32,000 nt of DNA from a cyanobacterium endosymbiont of Epithemia turgida isolate EtSB Lake Yunoko (GTDB lineage: Bacteria; Cyanobacteriota; Cyanobacteriia; Cyanobacteriales; Microcystaceae). The notes beneath the pieces were generated by a model. It did not search any database and was not told the origin of the DNA. It saw nothing but the letters and a program-made list of their open reading frames with translations. The DNA lies in the NCBI RefSeq assembly GCF_000829235.1, contig NZ_AP012549.1, positions 1,530,001-1,562,000 of the forward strand, written 5' to 3'. Shown piece after piece: positions 23,476 to 32,000 of the stretch. Numbering within the stretch: the stretch's first letter is position 1; every line of letters starts with the position of its first letter. A program made the translations under genes and the position numbers.

Positions 23476-25158
23476 TTAATGAACACCTAAATTTAAGAAG
23501 ATAGTTGCACGGCGAATACCATTGTCTTTTCCTTTACTACTTACTGTGAAAGACTGCAGATTGTTTAACAGAGGTTGAATAGACAGTTCAATGACTTTAA
23601 AAATCGGCAATTTTTGTTCTAATAATTTTTTCCCTTGACTCCAATCAACATAAAAATAACCGTCATTTTCAGGAGATATTGCTGCAATAGCTTGTTGTAA
23701 TTTTTTACTATGAATTAAAGTTATTTTTGGAGTTGAAAGTGCCTGAGATATAGCTTCAACTGAAGTAGCAAAAATTACATAATCATTCACATCTGTATGA
23801 ACGCCGCTAACTCTCGCTTCCAAAGAAGTTAAATTACCCTTATTTCCCGTTGCTGTGTTAAGTTTTGTCCAAACAGTTACAGGATTATTTAATAATGGTA
23901 AATATCCCACACTATATCCTTGTTCTTGTGCTAACTGATCAAAGTTTTCTACCCACTCAGAAAAATTAACATCTGGTACTTTTTGGGCTACAAAAATCAC
24001 ATCAGGTTCACCTCCATCTAAACTAGGGACAAGAGCTAAGCTAAATTCTCCTTGAATAAACGGAAAGACTTTTTCAGAGAAATCTAATCCTAAAGGTTCT
24101 TGAACAGAGACTAAAATACTATTTAATAACTGTTGTAGAGGACTTTTGTTCGCTAACCCTGTCTCAATTTGACTCCATAATTTATTTAAGTTAGTTCCCG
24201 CAGCTGTTAAAATACTTTCGACAGGTACATAGGCTAATGCCCCCACGGGTTTGGATAAAACCGGAGGCTCTTCTCCTTGTTCTGATCCCCCAATTAATGC
24301 TGTTTGGGCAACTAACCCTTTAGATTTGAGAGAAAAGGCGACTGTTAAAGTTTGAGTAATTTCGGGAATTTCAGGAATGGGTAAATGTCCTAACCAAGCA
24401 GATAAAGCTGGAAAATTAGTATAAACGATGCCAATACGAGGTTCAGTAATTGTTTTTAACGCTTCTTGATAGTTAGTAGAATTTTTCAGATTTAATGTTC
24501 TAACTTGGACATTATTGATAGCATCCCTTAATATTTTGGGATCGTTGGCAAATAACACAAAATTGTCTAAGATAGCTGTGGCAGAAAGACGAATATTAAC
24601 AGGATTATCACGGTGACGTTGATAAATTAAATTGACCCCTTTGTAGGATTCAAAAATCAGATCTGAAGTTTCAGAGATCACGTTTTTAGAATAGGAACTT
24701 TGAAGAAATACTTTGGCTAACTTTCTATCTTTAGTAGCAATGGCTAATAAGTAACCAGGTTGAACCCCATTGTCTGGGTTGCGATCAAAGTCCAGGGAAG
24801 TCACAGCCAAGGTGATTTCTTCCCCTAGCCAAGGTTGAATCTGAGTTTGATAATCGAGTCCTGTTGTCGACACAAGTTGCTTTTCAAGGGAAAGGAATTC
24901 TCGATGCGACCTTCGTCTATTTTGAGGAAAGGAAATGTACTGAGCTAAGGATTCCAGACGATCAGGATTAACAAGTAACGACACCATAAACGGAGCTTGT
25001 TTTGGGATAAAAACAGCCGTTATTGGTTCCCTGAAAACGCCTCCTGGCAAGAGCTTTAGAGGGCCTTGTCCCAAGATCCAATACAGACTACTACTAGCTC
25101 CAAACAAGAGGATGAAGACACTAATAGCTAGGATGATGAAGAAAGAACGAAGCTTCAC
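23476..25158 (-). CDS. Conserved cyanobacterial membrane-anchored protein, DUF3352-like
   Basis: 560-aa ORF with GTG start and an N-terminal TM anchor (FFIILAISVFILLFGASSSLYWIL). Motifs AVFIPKQAPFMVSLLVNPDRLE, IQPWLGEEITLAV and QPGYLLAI match my recollection of the DUF3352 family. The family assignment was not verified. Confidence 0.55.
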   Translation of the reverse strand: MKLRSFFIILAISVFILLFGASSSLYWILGQGPLKLLPGGVFREPITAVFIPKQAPFMVSLLVNPDRLESLAQYISFPQNRRRSHREFLSLEKQLVSTTGLDYQTQIQPWLGEEITLAVTSLDFDRNPDNGVQPGYLLAIATKDRKLAKVFLQSSYSKNVISETSDLIFESYKGVNLIYQRHRDNPVNIRLSATAILDNFVLFANDPKILRDAINNVQVRTLNLKNSTNYQEALKTITEPRIGIVYTNFPALSAWLGHLPIPEIPEITQTLTVAFSLKSKGLVAQTALIGGSEQGEEPPVLSKPVGALAYVPVESILTAAGTNLNKLWSQIETGLANKSPLQQLLNSILVSVQEPLGLDFSEKVFPFIQGEFSLALVPSLDGGEPDVIFVAQKVPDVNFSEWVENFDQLAQEQGYSVGYLPLLNNPVTVWTKLNTATGNKGNLTSLEARVSGVHTDVNDYVIFATSVEAISQALSTPKITLIHSKKLQQAIAAISPENDGYFYVDWSQGKKLLEQKLPIFKVIELSIQPLLNNLQSFTVSSKGKDNGIRRATIFLNLGVH

Positions 25159-25332
25159 AATAATTCATCGTTTGTGATTAATGACTACTTCTGATTGTAG
25201 TCGTCATTTGACGATAAGATTTTTAAGAAAACCCTAATCTTGAGCGAAACATCCCAAAGTAATTTTTTTTCTCTTCTACTCAAAACTGTTAAGCTGGGCT
25301 ATCGAACAATTTTTTAGGACGACTTTATTTAT

Positions 25333-25683
25333 ATGCCTCAAAATTTATCCATTCCTCAAATCACTGTCACAAAACTAGCTGAACGACTGGCTCAAGCCAA
25401 AGATGAATTACAATTGATAGATGTACGAGAACTACATGAAGTTATGATCGCTTATATTGAAGGGTTTACAGTGCTTTCTTTAAGTGAATTTGAACGCTGG
25501 TCAGATAAGATAGCAACAGATTTTAATCCTCATGCAGAAACCTTCGTTATTTGTCATCATGGTATGCGTTCAGCCCAAATGTGCCGCTGGCTACTGAATA
25601 ATGGTTTTACTAATGTTAGTAATATTATTGGTGGCATTGATGCATATGCTCTCTACGTCGATCCAACCATCCCTCATTACTAA
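25333..25683 (+). CDS. Single-domain rhodanese-like sulfurtransferase
   Basis: 116-aa ORF. LIDVRE, active-site loop ICHHGMRS and GGIDAY. Confidence 0.85.
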   Translation: MPQNLSIPQITVTKLAERLAQAKDELQLIDVRELHEVMIAYIEGFTVLSLSEFERWSDKIATDFNPHAETFVICHHGMRSAQMCRWLLNNGFTNVSNIIGGIDAYALYVDPTIPHY

Positions 25684-26037
25684 TATTTTTTTAAAATTAC
25701 TATGAGCTAAACACTGTTAAAAAAATTTTTGTTTAACACCCCTCCCGGACTGAATATGATCAATTGATAGCTGATAACTTCCAAAAATATTGTTCTGACT
25801 TTATTCTTTAACTATAAAACCTTTTTCTTTAGAGAAACAAAGTTTTTATAGACCAGTAAACTTTGCTCAAAAAGGGTTTTCGCTTTTTTTGTAATTTTAT
25901 TATAGCTAGTCTAAAAAAGCTTATTTAGTAAAATAGTTTTACTATAAGGGATTCTAATAGTAATTTCCTATAGTAGGAGATATTTGTACTTTTTGATTGC
26001 TATAAGTTCTTTCATCAAACTTTTATTCTTTATTATT

Positions 26038-27123
26038 ATGACTGTTAAATCTACTTTAACTAAACGTTATCAAAACATTCTACGAACAACCATCCAACAT
26101 TATATTGCTACAGCTGAACCAGTAGGCTCAAAAACTTTAGTTCAAGAATACGATTTGAGTGTAAGCTCAGCTACTATTAGAAAGGCTTTAGTAAAATTAG
26201 AAAAGGCTGGGTTTCTTTATCAACCTCACACTTCTGCCGGTCGAATTCCTTCTGACTGTGGTTACCGAATCTACGTTGATAATTTAATTACGCCTGATAA
26301 CTACATTAGACAGAAAATTGAAAAATATTTAAACAAAAAATTACAAAAAGAAACATTTAACTGTGAGATGTTGTTACAAAAGTCAACTCAAATACTGGCG
26401 AATTTTAGCGGCTATATCGCCTTAATTACACTTCCTCAAAGTTCTCTGAATCAATTACGTCATTTACAATTAATACCTGTTTCGTCAAACCAAGTTATTC
26501 TCATAATTGTTACGGATAGTTATCAAACTCAATCTATTCTAGTTGATATTCCTAAATCTGTCCTCAATGAGGAGCTTAATGATGAAAGCTGGTTAACACA
26601 AGAACTACAAATTATCTCTAATTTTTTAAATAGCCATTTAAAAAGTAAAAGTCTTTTAAATTTAGTAGCTTTAAATTGGCGTGATATCGACAAAAACCTC
26701 ATTCATTATACAGAGTTTTTGAAAACTCTATTACAACAAATATCAGACTACTTAAAATCATCTATTTCAACCCCAATTATAATACATGGGTTTTCCGAAG
26801 TATTACATCAACCAGAATTTTCTCAACTAAAACAAGTACAAACTCTTCTCTATTTGTTAGAAAAACAACAAGATCAATTATTACCATTAATTTTTGAAGT
26901 TCCTGAAGTTAAATCTCTAACGACTCAACGAGTTACTATTAGAATTGGTTCGGAAAATCCTCTAGAGTCAATGCATCCTTGTACTTTAATTTCTGCTATT
27001 TACAAACAAAGAGATATCCCAGTAGGAAGCGTTGGCGTTATCGGGCCAACTCGTATGGTTTACGAGAATACAATTCCTTTAGTAGAATCAACGGCAGACT
27101 ATTTATCTGAAGTTTTGAGTTAA
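26038..27123 (+). CDS. hrcA: Heat-inducible transcription repressor HrcA
   Basis: LTKRYQNILRTTIQHYIATAEPVGSKTL, a winged-helix N-terminus. Also SSATIRKALVKLEKAGFLYQPHTSAGRIPSDCGYRIYV and C-terminal GSVGVIGPTRMVYENTIPLVE. The preferred start is ATG 26038. The track start at 25984 adds a hydrophobic, AT-driven extension. Confidence 0.88.
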   Translation: MTVKSTLTKRYQNILRTTIQHYIATAEPVGSKTLVQEYDLSVSSATIRKALVKLEKAGFLYQPHTSAGRIPSDCGYRIYVDNLITPDNYIRQKIEKYLNKKLQKETFNCEMLLQKSTQILANFSGYIALITLPQSSLNQLRHLQLIPVSSNQVILIIVTDSYQTQSILVDIPKSVLNEELNDESWLTQELQIISNFLNSHLKSKSLLNLVALNWRDIDKNLIHYTEFLKTLLQQISDYLKSSISTPIIIHGFSEVLHQPEFSQLKQVQTLLYLLEKQQDQLLPLIFEVPEVKSLTTQRVTIRIGSENPLESMHPCTLISAIYKQRDIPVGSVGVIGPTRMVYENTIPLVESTADYLSEVLS

Positions 27124-27806
27124 ACCATTAACATTTCAGTTGTAGTTAAGTAAAAATAGAGCGTAGCACTAGTATATTTAATATTTTTTTATTAATCTAT
27201 AAAATAGTCCAGAACTAAATATAATAGACTAAAAATAGCATGCAATAAAAAATTATGATTCTATTTTAAATAGACATAATTTAACTAGAATTAAGTAGTA
27301 ATATATTAACTAATTAATTGGTTAATATGTAATTTTAAATAAAAATTTGCTAGTTTTGATATTAAAACTACCTATTGTAAGATATTTTTCAATGTCCGCA
27401 CTTATTTGTAATGATACGATTATAGAATAAACTCACTGAGTGTCAATTTTTAGATCACTTATTTAAAGGCTAGAATTTTATATAAAATTATTATTTGGTT
27501 TATTAAAAATTAATTTTATATTTTAGCATTTTAAATAAAAATATATGAGTAAAAAATATTAGCTTCTTTATTAGAAATTACGAAATATCAAGTTTCTATA
27601 TATTTGCAATTAGGTAAAAATAGTTCACTACTTCAAAATCTTTAGTCTTTTTTTTGAAAAAAGTTTGTCAGCAAAACTTAACCTAAAAACTTTAGTTCCA
27701 GTGATAATCGCTTATGCTGGCTAGTAGTTGTCTAATCTATACCAGTATCATCCTGTTAAACTGACTTAGGATGATCAATACATGAAAAAAACTTACTACC
27801 ATAATC

Positions 27807-30320
27807 ATGGATACTTTCACCCCTCAGTCAAATATTAAAGTGGAAGATGATCGCACTGGGATGAGTGCGGAAACACTGAAACGTGCTTTCCTAGACAATC
27901 TCTTCTATCTCCAAGGCATTGATCGCTCCAATGCATCTTTGTATAACTATTATGTAGCAATCGCTTATACTGTCCGTGATCGCCTTCTACATCGCTTCCT
28001 TAAAACGATAGAAACCTATAAAAAAGAAAAAGTAAAAATTGTATCTTATTTCTCGGCTGAATTCCTCATGGGTCGCCACCTAGGAAACAATCTAATCAAC
28101 CTAGATATGTATGATAAGATGCGTGAAATCGTCGAGGAATTAGGTCTTGATTTCGACAAAATTATTGAGCAAGAACCAGACCCTGGACTAGGTAACGGAG
28201 GACTAGGTCGTTTAGCTGCTTGTTTTCTTGATTCTCTTGCTTCTCTAGAAATTCCAGCTATTGGCTACGGAATTCGTTACGAATTCGGAATTTTCCATCA
28301 AACCCTCAGAGATGGCTGGCAAGCAGAAATTCCTGATAATTGGCTACGATTTGGCAATCCTTGGGAATTATCCCACCCCACCGAGAGCGTAGAGGTTAAG
28401 TTAGGGGGCCATACCGAAATGGTTCACGATGAGGCAGGTAACATGAGAATAGTATGGATCCCAGCTCGTACTATCCTTGCCGTTCCCTATGACACACCCG
28501 TTCCAGGCTATCAAACCAACACCGTAAATCCCCTACGTTTGTGGAAAGCAGAAGCCAGTGAAGCCTTTAATTTTGATGCCTTTAACGCAGGACAATACGA
28601 CCAAGCAGTAGCTGAGAAAATGGATGCAGAGACCATTTCTAAAGTTCTCTACCCTAATGATAATACTCCTGCAGGCCGACAACTTCGTTTAGCGCAGCAA
28701 TACTTCTTTGTTTCTGCTTCCTTACAGGACTTAATCCGTATTCATCTAAGGACCCACAATAGTTTAGATGATTTCCATGAAAAGGTTGCGGTCCAACTCA
28801 ATGATACTCACCCTGCTGTGTCTGTCGCTGAATTGATGCATTTGTTAATAGATAAACACAATTATTCTTGGGAAAAAGCGTGGGACATAACCCAAAAAAC
28901 TTTTGCTTATACTAATCATACTCTGTTACCAGAAGCCTTAGAACGTTGGCCCGCAGGATTATTTGCTAGTCTTCTACCTCGACATCTAGAAATTATTTAC
29001 GAAATCAACTATCGTTTTCTTGAAGATGTAAGAACCTGGTTTCCTGGAGATGATCAGTTGATATCTAGTCTATCTTTGATTGAAGAAAGGGAAGAAAAGC
29101 TAATTCGTATGGCTAATTTGGCTTGTGTTGGTTCCCATGCGATCAATGGGGTAGCGGCCTTACATACAGAACTCTTGAAAAGAGATACCCTCAAAGACTT
29201 TGCTAAACTCTGGCCTGAGAAATTCTATAACAAAACCAATGGGGTGACACCACGCCGTTGGATTTTACTATCTAACCCAGAGCTAGCTACTTTGATTACT
29301 GAAAAAATTGGGGATGGTTGGCTCAAGAATTTGGATGAAATGCGCAACATAGAGGCTGTTGTTCATGATCCTGACTTTCGTCATCGTTGGCGTGAAATTA
29401 AACAAGGCAATAAACGCAGCTTAGCGGCTTATATCCTTAAAAATAGAAATATCCAAGTTGATCCTAATTCCCTGTTTGATGTTCAAGTTAAGCGAATTCA
29501 TGAGTACAAGCGGCAACATTTAATGGTTTTACACATCATTGCCCTATACAATCGCATCAAACAGAATCCTTATATTGATATTCTTCCTAGAACCTTTATT
29601 TTTGGTGGTAAAGCCGCACCTGGATACTTTTTAGCTAAGTTGGTTATTAAATTAATCAACGCCGTTGCCGAAGTTGTTAACAAAGATCCCGATGTTCGGG
29701 GCCGATTAAAAGTTGTTTTTTTGCCTAACTTTAACGTTTCTTTGGGTCAACGGATTTATCCAGCCGCTGACTTATCTGAGCAGATTTCCACTGCTGGCAA
29801 AGAAGCTTCTGGAACTAGTAACATGAAATTTGCTATGAATGGGGCATTAACCATTGGAACTCTAGACGGAGCGAACATCGAAATTCGTGAAGCAGCTGGG
29901 GCTGAAAACTTCTTTTTGTTTGGTTTAACTGCTCAAGAAGTTTACGATCTCAAGACTAATGGATACAACCCCATAGATTATTATCATAATAATGAAGAAT
30001 TACGGGGTGTTATTGACCGCATTGCCAGTGGCTACTTTAGTCATGGAGATGGAGAATTATTCCAACCTATTGTTGGTCCCTTAATCTGCCATGATCCTTA
30101 TATGTTAATGGCTGATTATCAGTCTTATATTGATGTTCAAGAAGCCGTTAGTCATGCCTACTGTGATCATGAGAAGTGGACAGATATGTCTATTTTGAAT
30201 TCGGCGCGAATGGGTAAATTTTCTAGTGATCGCACGATTAGGGAATATTGCAAAGAAATTTGGAATGTTGATCCTGTAAGCATCACAATCGAAAATTACA
30301 ATCCCGCAACGTCAGGTTGA
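27807..30320 (+). CDS. glgP: Glycogen (alpha-glucan) phosphorylase
   Basis: 837-aa ORF. GLGNGGLGRLAACFLDS, TNHTLLPEALE, RIHEYKRQ and PLP-lysine motif EASGTSNMKFAMNGALTIGTLDGANIEI. Confidence 0.95.
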   Translation: MDTFTPQSNIKVEDDRTGMSAETLKRAFLDNLFYLQGIDRSNASLYNYYVAIAYTVRDRLLHRFLKTIETYKKEKVKIVSYFSAEFLMGRHLGNNLINLDMYDKMREIVEELGLDFDKIIEQEPDPGLGNGGLGRLAACFLDSLASLEIPAIGYGIRYEFGIFHQTLRDGWQAEIPDNWLRFGNPWELSHPTESVEVKLGGHTEMVHDEAGNMRIVWIPARTILAVPYDTPVPGYQTNTVNPLRLWKAEASEAFNFDAFNAGQYDQAVAEKMDAETISKVLYPNDNTPAGRQLRLAQQYFFVSASLQDLIRIHLRTHNSLDDFHEKVAVQLNDTHPAVSVAELMHLLIDKHNYSWEKAWDITQKTFAYTNHTLLPEALERWPAGLFASLLPRHLEIIYEINYRFLEDVRTWFPGDDQLISSLSLIEEREEKLIRMANLACVGSHAINGVAALHTELLKRDTLKDFAKLWPEKFYNKTNGVTPRRWILLSNPELATLITEKIGDGWLKNLDEMRNIEAVVHDPDFRHRWREIKQGNKRSLAAYILKNRNIQVDPNSLFDVQVKRIHEYKRQHLMVLHIIALYNRIKQNPYIDILPRTFIFGGKAAPGYFLAKLVIKLINAVAEVVNKDPDVRGRLKVVFLPNFNVSLGQRIYPAADLSEQISTAGKEASGTSNMKFAMNGALTIGTLDGANIEIREAAGAENFFLFGLTAQEVYDLKTNGYNPIDYYHNNEELRGVIDRIASGYFSHGDGELFQPIVGPLICHDPYMLMADYQSYIDVQEAVSHAYCDHEKWTDMSILNSARMGKFSSDRTIREYCKEIWNVDPVSITIENYNPATSG

Positions 30321-30607
30321 TTTTTCTTCGGTGAAGAATAGTCTGAGAATAGATCATTCCTGTTGAAATATTAAGGTCAGATAAATATAGTCTTGATTTT
30401 TTTACCTAAGTCTAAAGTAGAGATTAAAAACCGTTGAGCCTACTTTCCTTCAACTTCTATCCTAGATAATTTTTAACTGTTGGATATTAAAATAGTGTTT
30501 AAGTTGACTGCAAATAACTGTAGAGGAAAATTTCAAAAAACATTAGTCTTTCTCTTAAAGATCTGATATTTTTGTAATTTATTTATATAGTTAAAGAGGA
30601 ATGGTTG

Positions 30608-30705
30608 TTAAAGAACTCCTTGCAAATTTATTGACTCGTGGTTCTCTTTAGGCTTTCGAATATCTTGTTAACGCGATGTTAATAAATTTGGAAGGAGTTC
30701 TTTAA
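30608..30705. repeat. 25-bp inverted repeat (1 mismatch) separated by 48 nt
   Basis: ttaaagaactccttgcaaatttatt (30608-30632) versus aataaatttggaaggagttctttaa (30681-30705). Confidence 0.8.
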
Positions 30706-31342
30706 AACGTGCTCGGTCTTCAAATAATTTTTCAATTGAATTTTATCTTAGGTTGAAAACAAGTATTACGTTTGAGAGGTTTCGTCTCTCCTGTCATACA
30801 GTAGCAATAATATTGAATAAAATTGTACTGCACACAGCAATGAGATAGCTTGTTAAGTCAGGATAGTCTTCAGACTGTTTATCAAAAATGACTACAGGTA
30901 CTTCTTAAGCAAAGAACTCAGACGACAAAGATCACCTTTTCGAAATTGAGTGTACTTTTTATCCACCTTTACTACAGTTATCACAATTTAACTGCCTAGA
31001 ATTAAAGGAGGAGTTTAAGGAGAATTTTGTTGACTTAATTCCCCATCAGTAAGATGTAAATCTGTCAAAGGAAGAAATAGGGAGTTAAGCGACTATTGAA
31101 GGGATTTGTAGTGCATCACAAATCATGGCCTGCATGATTGTCAGTGATTTAGCTACCAACATTGATCTAATTATATAAATTGGGTTTTAGGATCTATAAT
31201 AGAAATGTTTTCTCTCAAAGAGAGTTTAAGGCTTCATAATTGGTTCAAGATTAGAAATTACTAGCCTCAAGCAACAATTCGGTAAAGATTTAATTTGCGA
31301 AATTTAGAGATTATTAATAATGGTTACAAGCTTTATTTTTCA

Positions 31343-32000
31343 ATGAATAGTTTGAGTGTTAGTGAAATCTTACTACGTCTTTTATTAGTATTCTTACTAA
31401 TTGCCATCAATGCCTTTTTTGTTACCGCTGAATTTGCCATGGTGTCGGTACGGCGGTCACGTATCAGTCAATTAGTAGAAGCTGGTGATCTTCAGGCTCA
31501 AACTGTCCAATCCCTACAACGTAGTATTGATCGTCTTCTCTCAACCACTCAATTAGGAATTACTCTTTCTAGTCTAGCTCTAGGTTGGCTCGGAGAAGGA
31601 ACCATGGCAGTTTTGGTCAATCCTCTTTTGAGGAATCTGCCGTTTGCTCCTAAACTGACCCAATCCATATCCTATAGTCTTGCTATCCCAGTTGCTTTTT
31701 TGCTAGTTGCTTATCTACAAATTGTGTTAGGAGAACTCTGTCCTAAATCTGTTGCCTTGATTTATTCAGAGAAATTAGCTCGATTTTTAGGTCCTCCTAT
31801 TGGGGTAATTGCCCAAATATTTAATCCTTTTATCTGGATTTTAAATCAATCAACTCGCTATTTATTATGTAGCGTTGGGATTAGATACATGAGGGAAAGA
31901 CGATACAATCAAGTAACCTCAGAAGAACTTCAATTAATCATTGCCACCGAAGGAGAATCAACTGGATTAGAAGCTAAAGAACGAGCACTACTGAAAAATG
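31343..32000 (+). CDS. CNNM/DUF21 transmembrane plus CBS-domain protein (hemolysin TlyC/CorC family), 3' end outside the window
   Basis: My own translation: MNSLSVSEILLRLLLVFLLIAINAFFVTAEFAMVSVRRSRISQLVEAGDLQAQTVQSLQRSIDRLLSTTQLGITLSSLALGWLGE...LGELCPKSVAL...VTSEELQLII. The frame is open to the window edge. It is absent from the ORF track because it is truncated. Confidence 0.8.
   Translation, partial: MNSLSVSEILLRLLLVFLLIAINAFFVTAEFAMVSVRRSRISQLVEAGDLQAQTVQSLQRSIDRLLSTTQLGITLSSLALGWLGEGTMAVLVNPLLRNLPFAPKLTQSISYSLAIPVAFLLVAYLQIVLGELCPKSVALIYSEKLARFLGPPIGVIAQIFNPFIWILNQSTRYLLCSVGIRYMRERRYNQVTSEELQLIIATEGESTGLEAKERALLKN

Noticed and set aside
27438-27446. A CIRCE-like half-site (gagtgtcaa) downstream of hrcA.
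   Set aside because: There is no matching ttagcactc half 9 nt upstream, so it is not a CIRCE operator.
30766-30957. A minus-strand frame that stays readable over 64 codons with two internal stops (KYTQFRKGDLCRLSSLLKKYL*SFLINSLKTILT*QAISLLCAVQFYSILLLLYDRRDETSQT*).
   Set aside because: That stop density is about what chance predicts in AT-rich DNA, and no family was recognised.
31089-31178. The plus-strand peptide ATIEGICSASQIMACMIVSDLATNIDLII, vaguely reminiscent of the glutamine amidotransferase GxCxGxQ nucleophile elbow.
   Set aside because: The resemblance rests on 4-5 residues only, the stretch is flanked by stops, and it is not supportable.

Overview
This window is a core-chromosome segment of an AT-rich cyanobacterium. 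The taxon call rests on the 16S/23S sequence, the cyanobacteria-specific pipX-pipY-sepF-proC cluster and a DUF3352-like protein. I can support 13 intact protein genes: topA, sfsA, proC, sepF, pipY/yggS, a PstS-like binding protein, hemA, purM, a DUF3352-like protein, a rhodanese, hrcA, glgP and a 3'-truncated CNNM/TlyC-type gene. There is also one complete rRNA operon (16S, tRNA-Ile(GAT), 23S, 5S) with a promoter, boxA elements, 23S processing stems and a terminator. I found no defence system, CRISPR array, transposase or prophage, and I do not think a novel multi-gene system is encoded here. The notable signal is gene decay. By coordinates, about 38% of the window has no intact gene. Three relics can be read directly. 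pipX carries a single in-frame TAA. glpX (class II FBP/SBPase) is frameshifted, has an in-frame stop and is truncated at its 3' end. A cofG-like FO synthase relic has radical-SAM segments out of canonical order. Losing a Calvin-cycle enzyme and a nitrogen-control factor while keeping hemA, glgP and housekeeping genes fits reductive evolution. It resembles the non-photosynthetic or N2-fixing cyanobacterial endosymbionts (diatom spheroid-body or UCYN-A type), but this is inference only. The gene-free AT-rich spacers also hold several long, unique, perfect or near-perfect inverted repeats that no intact gene explains. Coordinates of RNA ends and relic boundaries are approximate, within a few nt.
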